In this document: positions 16,470 through 22,394 of the stretch, piece by piece
Position numbering within the stretch: position 1 is the stretch's first letter
Layout: each line of letters begins with the position of its first letter
Source: Candidatus Aenigmatarchaeota archaeon
GTDB lineage: Archaea > Aenigmatarchaeota > Aenigmatarchaeia > Aenigmatarchaeales > Aenigmatarchaeaceae
Direction of reading: 5' to 3'
Assembly (NCBI GenBank): GCA_021163145.1
Contig: JAGGXH010000038.1
Location: 1-40,741 of the forward strand
Length of the DNA: 40,741 nucleotides
Translations under genes and position numbers: made by a program
Notes under the pieces: generated by a model
Told to the model about the DNA's origin: nothing
Seen by the model: the letters and a program-made list of their open reading frames with translations, nothing else
The model's database searches: none

Positions 16470-16781
16470 CTAAAATGTTTCTAATCCACTAACTGGTGTT
16501 TCTTCTTCTTGCTTTTCTTCTGGAATACTAGCTGCACTAATATGTTTTATTATTACAATGTCTCCTACATTGTCAACAAGACTATATGGAACTATAACAC
16601 CTTTCTTTCCACCAACAATTGAAGATAAAAATCCTCCTCTTGTTGCTTCAATTACTAATGATTGAAGTCTAAATTTAGATAAATTAATGTCTACATCAAT
16701 TACTTTTCCTGCAAAAATTCCTTTATTTGTAAATACATCTTTACCAAATAATTCTGATAAATTTTTAACTGTTATAGCCAT
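16470..16781 (-). CDS. PRC-barrel domain protein
   Basis: LFGKDVFTNKGIFAGKVIDVDINL...VIVPYSLVDNVGDIVII is the PRC-barrel pattern. GGAGGG lies 8 nt upstream of the ATG at 16781, and the listed TTG start includes that Shine-Dalgarno. Confidence 0.7.
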   Translation of the reverse strand: MAITVKNLSELFGKDVFTNKGIFAGKVIDVDINLSKFRLQSLVIEATRGGFLSSIVGGKKGVIVPYSLVDNVGDIVIIKHISAASIPEEKQEEETPVSGLETF

Positions 16782-16858
16782 TTTAATTCCCTCCAATTTT
16801 AATAATTATTAAATATATACTCTAATATATAAAGTTTAATTAAATAAGTTTAATTGTG

Positions 16859-16963
16859 CTGAGGTCGCCTAGCCTGGTAGGGCGCAGATGATTATATATG
16901 TGTAAGCCTGCTAAGCCTGTTTCCTTCGGGATTCCTGGGTTCAAATCCCAGCCTCAGCGCCAT
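16859..16963 (+). tRNA. tRNA-Ser(GCU), class II, with an 18-nt non-canonical intron at 29/30 (16889-16906), CCA encoded
   Basis: Acceptor GCUGAGG/CCUCAGC, G73, D stem GCC/GGC, T arm CUGGG-UUCAAAU-CCCAG, variable arm with a UCC-UUCG-GGA hairpin. The 3' anticodon stem GCCUG (16916-20) needs 5' CAGGC, which equals CAG (16886-88) plus GC (16907-08). Loop CUGCUAA. BHB: H1 GUAGG/CCUGC (16878-82 / 16908-12), central GCGC/GUGU, bulges AG|A and AA|G. Confidence 0.8.
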
Positions 16964-16982
16964 TTTAAATATTTTACTATAC

Positions 16983-17014
16983 TATATTCTATTATGTCTA
17001 TATTCTATTATGTC
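16983..17014 (+). repeat. Perfect tandem duplication of a 16-nt unit (TATATTCTATTATGTC x2)
   Basis: 16983-16998 is identical to 16999-17014, starting 20 nt after the tRNA-Ser 3' end. The second copy supplies the ATG of the ORF at 17010. Confidence 0.9.
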
Positions 17015-17186
17015 AAATACAATGTGCTATCTTAAGAAATTATACTATGCACTTGGTGGAGATTCATATTATACTGGTCCAAGTGCAGAAGAAATTTCTA
17101 AAAAACTTGGATTAGATCATATTCCAACTTCAAAAGAAGTATTAGAAATGATGAGGAAAGAATATGATTCTAATAAAAATGTATAA
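17010..17186 (+). CDS. Small hypothetical protein, 58 aa
   Basis: Not in the ORF track. Translation: MSNTMCYLKKLYYALGGDSYYTGPSAEEISKKLGLDHIPTSKEVLEMMRKEYDSNKNV. Protein-like composition. Confidence 0.4.
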   Translation: MSNTMCYLKKLYYALGGDSYYTGPSAEEISKKLGLDHIPTSKEVLEMMRKEYDSNKNV

Positions 17187-17213
17187 ATATTATAAACTAA
17201 TATATTATTCTAC

Positions 17214-17519
17214 ATGAGTGAATTAGAAAAATATGCAGATCAATTAGAATTAAAGAAAATGATAATTGCAATGATGTTAAGTGCTCTAGGATTTTTAATT
17301 GCATTTCAATGGAGAGATGTTCTAAAAGAAACAATTGAGTTGTTTTTACCACCTGGAGAAGGATTGTTATATAAATGGATTGCAACATTTATATTTACAT
17401 TAATTGCTGCAACATTAGCAATTATTTTAGTAAAGATACAAAAAATGAATATCATACCAGATAAATATGAGCCACATAAAAGAATTGCAAAGGAATTAGA
17501 AAAGAAATTAAAGAAATAA
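17214..17519 (+). CDS. Small membrane protein (two TM helices)
   Basis: Hydrophobic segments MIIAMMLSALGFLIAF and WIATFIFTLIAATLAIILV, with a charged C-terminus. Confidence 0.55.
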   Translation: MSELEKYADQLELKKMIIAMMLSALGFLIAFQWRDVLKETIELFLPPGEGLLYKWIATFIFTLIAATLAIILVKIQKMNIIPDKYEPHKRIAKELEKKLKK

Positions 17520-17559
17520 ACTTTATAAATATTCTAATAATAACTAAATTATTGAAAGT

Positions 17560-17711
17560 GCTCCCATCGTCTAGTCCGGTCAAGGATCTCAGCCTTAGAT
17601 GATAAGGAGTTTTTTATTATCGGCGAATCGATTTTTGATCCGAAAGAATTGAGCTTTTGCTGTGAAAGAAGAGAGCTGATGACCTGGGTTCAAATCCCAG
17701 TGGGAGCACCA
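17560..17711 (+). tRNA. tRNA-Glu(UUC) with two introns (17597-17627, 31 nt at 34/35; 17631-17673, 43 nt at 37/38), CCA encoded
   Basis: Acceptor GCUCCCA/UGGGAGC, A73, D arm GUCU-AGUCCGGUCAA-GGAU, 4-nt variable loop UGAC, T arm CUGGG-UUCAAAU-CCCAG; this is a Glu-type body. Anticodon stem UCAGC/GCUGA (17589-93 / 17675-79). Two BHB motifs (see findings) give the spliced loop CUUUCGA. 152 nt minus 74 nt leaves 78 nt including CCA. Confidence 0.75.
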
Positions 17712-17733
17712 ATTTTTAAATTTGTGATATAAT

Positions 17734-17982
17734 ATGAATCAGTTATATATATTTTATAATCCAATGAGCAAATTATTTATCATAAATGATAAAAATATTA
17801 GCAAGGAAATAGGAAAAGTTGTTAATTATATTGGATCTATTGAGGTTAATAGTACACTAAATGATACATTATATCTTAAGAAAAATGAAATTGTTGACTA
17901 TCTTAGTGGTATTGGAGTAAAATCTGATAATATAAGTAATATTCTTAAAAAATTGAAAAATCATAATCTTTTTATTCTCTAA
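17734..17982 (+). CDS. Hypothetical protein
   Basis: 82-aa ORF with no motif recognised. Confidence 0.45.
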   Translation: MNQLYIFYNPMSKLFIINDKNISKEIGKVVNYIGSIEVNSTLNDTLYLKKNEIVDYLSGIGVKSDNISNILKKLKNHNLFIL

Positions 17983-18018
17983 AATATTACTATTTACATA
18001 AAATTTGAGGTGAAATTG

Positions 18019-18183
18019 ATGGCATTAGTAGTTAAAAACGCAGTTAAAAAATCTATTAAAAATATGAGATTTTCAGGAGATTTTTTCCCAGCATTAGATA
18101 AATTTTTGCAAGCTAAATTAAAGGAAGCAGCAGAAAGAGCAAAGAAAAATGGAAGAGCAACTATAAGACCATATGATTTGTAA
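18019..18183 (+). CDS. Small histone-fold-like protein (DUF1931-like), 54 aa
   Basis: Not in the ORF track. Translation: MALVVKNAVKKSIKNMRFSGDFFPALDKFLQAKLKEAAERAKKNGRATIRPYDL. GAGGTGA Shine-Dalgarno at 18007-18013. The pattern (VK..IK...MR.SGDF...L......L..A..RAK.NGR.T....DL) is what I recall for DUF1931. Confidence 0.7.
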   Translation: MALVVKNAVKKSIKNMRFSGDFFPALDKFLQAKLKEAAERAKKNGRATIRPYDL

Positions 18184-18186
18184 TTT

Positions 18187-18215
18187 GGGCACTTTGCCCC
18201 TATTTCTTCTTTTTC
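18187..18215 (+). terminator. GC hairpin GGGCA-CUU-UGCCC followed by a T-rich tract
   Basis: 18187-18199 forms a 5-bp stem, followed by CTATTTCTTCTTTTTC. It starts 4 nt after the stop of the 18019 ORF. Confidence 0.35.
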
Positions 18216-18254
18216 AATAATCTTTATAATAATTGAGAATATAGTTACAAATAT

Positions 18255-18536
18255 GCGGGAGTCGCCTAGCTTGGTCAATGGCGTGGGAATGTGAGATATA
18301 TGAAGACTGAAACAGCTGAACTATGCGATGCATTAATAGGAAATGGTGGATTAATCCAAAACATACAACAAAATTTTATTTATGGAAGAAAACAGGCCAT
18401 CTCTCACCAAGAACAACAGTAAAAGAAAGAAAATGCATATTATCTCACATCACGAAACTCAAGACCAAGAATATTGGGAACTGAGAAATCCCATTCCTTA
18501 GTGGATACGAGAGTTCAAATCTCTCCTCCCGCACCA
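18255..18536 (+). tRNA. tRNA-Leu(CAA), class II, with two introns (18288-18456, 169 nt at 30/31; 18464-18487, 24 nt at 37/38), CCA encoded
   Basis: Acceptor GCGGGAG/CUCCCGC, A73, D stem GCC/GGC, variable arm UUCCUUAGUGGAUAC, T arm GAGAG-UUCAAAU-CUCUC. The spliced anticodon arm is UGGGA-CUCAAGA-UCCCA (anticodon at 18460-18462, G37). 282 nt minus 193 nt leaves 89 nt including CCA. Confidence 0.8.
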
Positions 18537-18537
18537 A

Positions 18538-18732
18538 TTATGCAGAAACATTCTTTTTAAGAAGAGTTACAATATATCCAGCAACCTTGTTTCTAATTAA
18601 TTTGTCTGGAATTATGTTTAATTCATTTAGAACTTTTTTATTATTTTCAAAATCTGTATTAAATTTATCTGGATATTGACTAATCAAATCTTTACTTAAA
18701 TTTTTTATCCATTTTGTTCTTATTCTACCCAT
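18538..18732 (-). CDS. rps17e: 30S ribosomal protein S17e (eS17)
   Basis: MGRIRTKWIKNLSKDLISQYPDKFNTDFENNKKVL matches the eS17 N-terminal pattern (MG-x-IRTK-x-IK...L....F..DFE.NK). 64 aa is typical of the archaeal form. Confidence 0.85.
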   Translation of the reverse strand: MGRIRTKWIKNLSKDLISQYPDKFNTDFENNKKVLNELNIIPDKLIRNKVAGYIVTLLKKNVSA

Positions 18733-18775
18733 AATATCACTAACTTTTTATAACTATCAAATATATATAAACCTT

Positions 18776-19705
18776 ATGGCTGAAGGCATTTGTGTTATAG
18801 GAATATTTGATGTAGAAAAGGGTAAAATTAAGAAAAAAAAATTGTTCCCAAAGGATGCAGAAAAAATAGCTAAAGAATTAACTAATATAGAAAAATATGA
18901 TAAAAAAGCATCTGAATATTTAAACAAAAATATTAGAAAAATAGCTAAAGATTTTAAATATGTTAAAAACGATGCAGAACTAAATTCTCTTATTTCAAAA
19001 GTTTATACAATTATGACTAAAAACAAAATATCTAAAACACAAAGAAGAGATAGATTAATATCACAATCAGTTTCTGCATATTCTGATCTTGATAAGATAA
19101 TAAATAGCATGAGTGAAAGAATAAGAGAGTGGTATGGTTTATATTACCCAGAACTAAAAGTAAGTGGTCATGAGAAATATATTGATTTGATATTGCAATA
19201 TAAATCTAGAGAAAAATTTAGAAATTATACTCAAAGTATGGGTATAAATTTGACAAAAAAAGATTTAGATGTTATAATTGAATATGCAAAAGAATTAAAA
19301 CATTTATTTGATATTAGAAAAAGAATACAAAAATATTTAGAAGAAATTGTCCCAGAAGTAATGCCAAATACAAGTGCATTGTTAGGCCCAATATTAGCAG
19401 CAAGATTATTAGCACATGCAGGAACATTAGAAAAATTAGCTAAAATGCCATCTTCAAAATTACAATTATTAGGTTCTGAAAAAAGTTTATTTAAATTTAT
19501 GAAAGGTAAGCAGAAAAAAGTTCCAAAATATGGATTGATTGCAATACATCCAGATATTTCAACTGCTAAAAAAGAGAAAAAAGGAAAAATAGCTAGATTA
19601 TTAGCTGCTAAATTAACTTTAGCTGTAAGAGCAGATTATTATTCTAAGAAAGATATATCTAAAAAGATATTGAAGGAATATAAAGAAAAATTAAAGGAGA
19701 TTTAG
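18776..19705 (+). CDS. nop5: C/D box sRNP protein Nop5 (Nop56/58), shortened form
   Basis: Nop domain: DLDKIINSMSERIREWYGLYYPEL and LLGPILAARLLAHAGTLEKLAKMPSSKLQLLGSEKSLF, with a Lys-rich tail. Directly upstream of fibrillarin. 309 aa suggests a reduced N-terminal or coiled-coil region. Confidence 0.85.
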   Translation: MAEGICVIGIFDVEKGKIKKKKLFPKDAEKIAKELTNIEKYDKKASEYLNKNIRKIAKDFKYVKNDAELNSLISKVYTIMTKNKISKTQRRDRLISQSVSAYSDLDKIINSMSERIREWYGLYYPELKVSGHEKYIDLILQYKSREKFRNYTQSMGINLTKKDLDVIIEYAKELKHLFDIRKRIQKYLEEIVPEVMPNTSALLGPILAARLLAHAGTLEKLAKMPSSKLQLLGSEKSLFKFMKGKQKKVPKYGLIAIHPDISTAKKEKKGKIARLLAAKLTLAVRADYYSKKDISKKILKEYKEKLKEI

Positions 19706-20362
19706 ATGAATGAAATATTTCCAGGTATTTTTAAAAAAGATAATAAATTATATACACTTAATTCTATAAAAAATTATAATCCATTTGGAGAAGAATTAAT
19801 AAACATAAATAAAAAACAATATAGAAATTGGAATCCTATGCGTAGTAAAGCAGCAGCAGCTATATTAAAAGGAATAAAAATATTCCCAATTAAAAAAGGA
19901 TCAATTGTGCTTTATTTGGGCGGTGCGCATGGTTATACAATTTCATTTCTTTCAGATATAATTGGACAGCAAGGAATAATCTATGCAATAGAATTTTCAG
20001 AAAGATGCTTTAATGAATTATTAACAATTACAGAAAAATATAATAATATTGTTCCAATTTGTGCAGATGCTCGAAAAATAGAAGAATATAAATGGATTGA
20101 ACCTGTTGATGTAATTTATTGTGATATTGCACAAATTGATCAAACAAAAATTGCAATAAGAAATGCTAAGGAATTTCTAAAAAAAGATGGATATCTTATG
20201 ATTTCTATTAAGACACAATCAATTGATGTTACTAAACCTGCAAAACAAATTGTTAAGCAAGAAATTAAATTAATTGAAGATGCAGGTTTTGAAATTATTG
20301 ATTGGAAAATGTTAGATCCATATGAAGCAAAGCATGGATTTATAATTGCTAGACAACGATAA
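19706..20362 (+). CDS. flpA: Fibrillarin (rRNA/tRNA 2'-O-methyltransferase)
   Basis: YRNWNPMRSKAAAAILKG...VLYLGGAHGYTISFLSDIIG..GIIYAIEFS...CADARKIEEY...VDVIYCDIAQ is the fibrillarin pattern. SAM motif I reads GGAHGYT instead of the usual GAASGTT. Confidence 0.9.
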   Translation: MNEIFPGIFKKDNKLYTLNSIKNYNPFGEELININKKQYRNWNPMRSKAAAAILKGIKIFPIKKGSIVLYLGGAHGYTISFLSDIIGQQGIIYAIEFSERCFNELLTITEKYNNIVPICADARKIEEYKWIEPVDVIYCDIAQIDQTKIAIRNAKEFLKKDGYLMISIKTQSIDVTKPAKQIVKQEIKLIEDAGFEIIDWKMLDPYEAKHGFIIARQR

Positions 20363-20394
20363 GTATTTAAAATTTACTATGTTTAATTATATAC

Positions 20395-20859
20395 ATGACT
20401 ACCTTTATTGAAATACTAAAAAAAATAGAAGAAGAAGGAGGAGAAGGCAATATAAAGGATGTAACAGTTTTTCTTGGTAAACCAGTTCCTATTAGAAAAA
20501 AATATATTAACATCACTTTACCAGACAGATCACCTGATTCTTATGATGAAGAGGTATTAGAAACATTAGATAGATATCTTAATAAGGATAATATAATTGA
20601 GATGAAAGAAAAAATACTATTAATGCGATTGAATGGTATTGCAGAAGTTCATACTCTTGCACCAGCTTATATTCTTCCAGCATATAGAGTAGAGTTTCTA
20701 TTCCGTGATAAATCATTTGAAATGAATCCTAGTGAAAAAAAGATTAAAACATGTTATAATCCAGATGAAGAAGATATCGATAAAGAAATTATAAATATTA
20801 TTTCAAAATCTACTTATCCTTATCTTGATTGGACATTTGAATATGAAATTCTTGGTTAA
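20395..20859 (+). CDS. Hypothetical protein
   Basis: 154-aa ORF with no motif recognised. Confidence 0.5.
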   Translation: MTTFIEILKKIEEEGGEGNIKDVTVFLGKPVPIRKKYINITLPDRSPDSYDEEVLETLDRYLNKDNIIEMKEKILLMRLNGIAEVHTLAPAYILPAYRVEFLFRDKSFEMNPSEKKIKTCYNPDEEDIDKEIINIISKSTYPYLDWTFEYEILG

Positions 20860-20862
20860 AAA

Positions 20863-21813
20863 TTATTTTTCTTTAGACTTGATTAGTTCTATAATCTTTG
20901 CTTTAAATTCTTCAATATCTTTTACATTAGCAGCACCAGCTACTTCATGACCACCACCAGTACCGCCAATTTCTTTAACAACTTGTTCTAGAACTTTACC
21001 AACATTAAATTGCCTACTTCTTACAGATATTCTATAACTACCATCATCTGTTTTTTGATAAACAAATATAGATTTGCTAGGATGTCTATCAAATAAAACA
21101 TTTGCCAATATTGCTTTTAAACTATATTCAGATTCTATTTCAAAGAAATTTATGTCTTTAACTCCTTTTTTCTCAAATTGTTCAATTAATCTATTAATTT
21201 CTTTTTGAAATGTATTATTGATCTCTAGAAAAGTTTTGTTTGTGATAAAATCATCAAGAGTTTCTGTATCAGATAATATCTCAACTAATTCAGGAAGATA
21301 TACAGTTTTTCTAATTACTTTAATTGCTTCTATTAGATTTGATGCTAATTTTTCCTTTTTAGTTCCTTTGATAGAACAATCACCAACTGCTCCAACTCTC
21401 ATTATCCATTCTTGGGGATATGAAATATCTTTTAGTAATTCATAGCATACTTCTGATGCAGATTTATATATATTTGGATCATCAAACCTAGGATTTATAT
21501 GAACAATACCTTGCTTATTTAAGTCATTTTTTATTGGGTGATGATCTATTACAAGAATTTTGCTTTTATTAAATTTATTCAAATATTCTGGATAAGAATC
21601 TACTGGAAGATCTACAGTTATTACAACTGGTGATGCTTCTGCTTTACCAAATGTTCTTTCTTCAACATCTCCAGAATATAATTTTACTTTAATTCCTTTT
21701 CTTTTCAAATAAGTATAAATTAAAGTTGCAGAACATACACCATCTGTATCATTATGAAAGATCAGAGTAACAGGTTCTACTATATTATTTAAAAATTCTA
21801 TTCCTTTGTTCAT
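20863..21813 (-). CDS. DHH/DHHA1 phosphoesterase (NrnA/RecJ-like)
   Basis: Motifs HNDTDGVCS, VIDHHP and GGGHEVAGA (DHHA1). Confidence 0.8.
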   Translation of the reverse strand: MNKGIEFLNNIVEPVTLIFHNDTDGVCSATLIYTYLKRKGIKVKLYSGDVEERTFGKAEASPVVITVDLPVDSYPEYLNKFNKSKILVIDHHPIKNDLNKQGIVHINPRFDDPNIYKSASEVCYELLKDISYPQEWIMRVGAVGDCSIKGTKKEKLASNLIEAIKVIRKTVYLPELVEILSDTETLDDFITNKTFLEINNTFQKEINRLIEQFEKKGVKDINFFEIESEYSLKAILANVLFDRHPSKSIFVYQKTDDGSYRISVRSRQFNVGKVLEQVVKEIGGTGGGHEVAGAANVKDIEEFKAKIIELIKSKEK

Positions 21814-21815
21814 TT

Positions 21816-22394
21816 TTATTCTTCTCCCATTAACATAAATTGTAATGATGGTTTTGGTGGATTTATTTCTGTGTCTATTGCAGCATCAATTACATCTGCT
21901 TGTAAAACAATTTGTGCTTCAATTGTTTTTGGGTTTGCTCCTGTTGCTCCTAGATCACCACCATGAGAACCAACTATATGTACAACTTCTTCTGGAAAAT
22001 TTCTTGCATATAATTCTGCTGCAGAAAATAAAGCATGATCTAATATGCATCCAGTAAATGTCCAGTTGTTGTTATGCTTTTTCAATATAAAAACTTTCAT
22101 TATATCATGCAATAATGCCCCAGAAATAATAAAATCTCTATTTACTTTTGTTTTATATGTTTTTTCAAACGTATCAGCTAGATCTAATGCTAATCTTGTT
22201 ACACTTAATGTATGCTTTATTAGTCCACCTTCATATGAATGATGTGTTCCAATCCATGCAGGAACTTTCTCTAAATCTGCTTTTGGATATTTCATTGATT
22301 TATTTGAGATTGAAGCATCTTTTAACATTTCAATTGTTTTCTTTCTAAGATCCTTATCTTTAATTTTATTTGCAAGCTCAATTAATTCTTTCAT
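21816..22394 (-). CDS. HD-domain phosphohydrolase (YhaM-type HD)
   Basis: HHSYEGGLIKHTLSV ... GALLHDIMK ... HGG. The start overlaps the ileS stop as ATGA (22391-22394). Confidence 0.75.
   Translation of the reverse strand: MKELIELANKIKDKDLRKKTIEMLKDASISNKSMKYPKADLEKVPAWIGTHHSYEGGLIKHTLSVTRLALDLADTFEKTYKTKVNRDFIISGALLHDIMKVFILKKHNNNWTFTGCILDHALFSAAELYARNFPEEVVHIVGSHGGDLGATGANPKTIEAQIVLQADVIDAAIDTEINPPKPSLQFMLMGEE

Noticed and set aside
17589-17679. Single-intron (37/38) reading of the tRNA at 17560, giving anticodon UAG (Leu) with A37
   Set aside because: The body is class I and Glu-like. The central BHB helix would be CUUA/GAAG with a mismatch. The two-intron solution gives perfect geometry and the loop CUUUCGA.
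17596-17679. C/D box sRNA inside the tRNA-Glu introns (UAGAUGA ... CUGA)
   Set aside because: The C box is imperfect. No D' or C' boxes are present at the 12-nt guide spacing. The only CUGA is part of the anticodon stem.
17994-18278. 94-aa minus-strand ORF from the track
   Set aside because: It is antisense to the DUF1931-like gene, which has a strong Shine-Dalgarno, and it overlaps the first 24 nt of tRNA-Leu. Composition is low-complexity and hydrophobic.
18300-18416. 38-aa ORF (MKTETAELCDALIGNGGLIQNIQQNFIYGRKQAISHQEQQ) inside the 169-nt tRNA-Leu intron
   Set aside because: It is short, has no Shine-Dalgarno and no recognisable motif, and lies inside an RNA that must fold into a BHB. Probably chance, though worth a glance if the intron proves stable.
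18475-18493. UGGGAA-CUGAGAA-AUCCCA read as the anticodon arm of tRNA-Leu(GAG) with one ~191-nt intron
   Set aside because: It leaves an A-A mismatch or a 9-nt loop, and A37. UGAG here is the intron segment that pairs with the real loop CUCA. The two-intron model gives a perfect stem, a 7-nt loop and G37.
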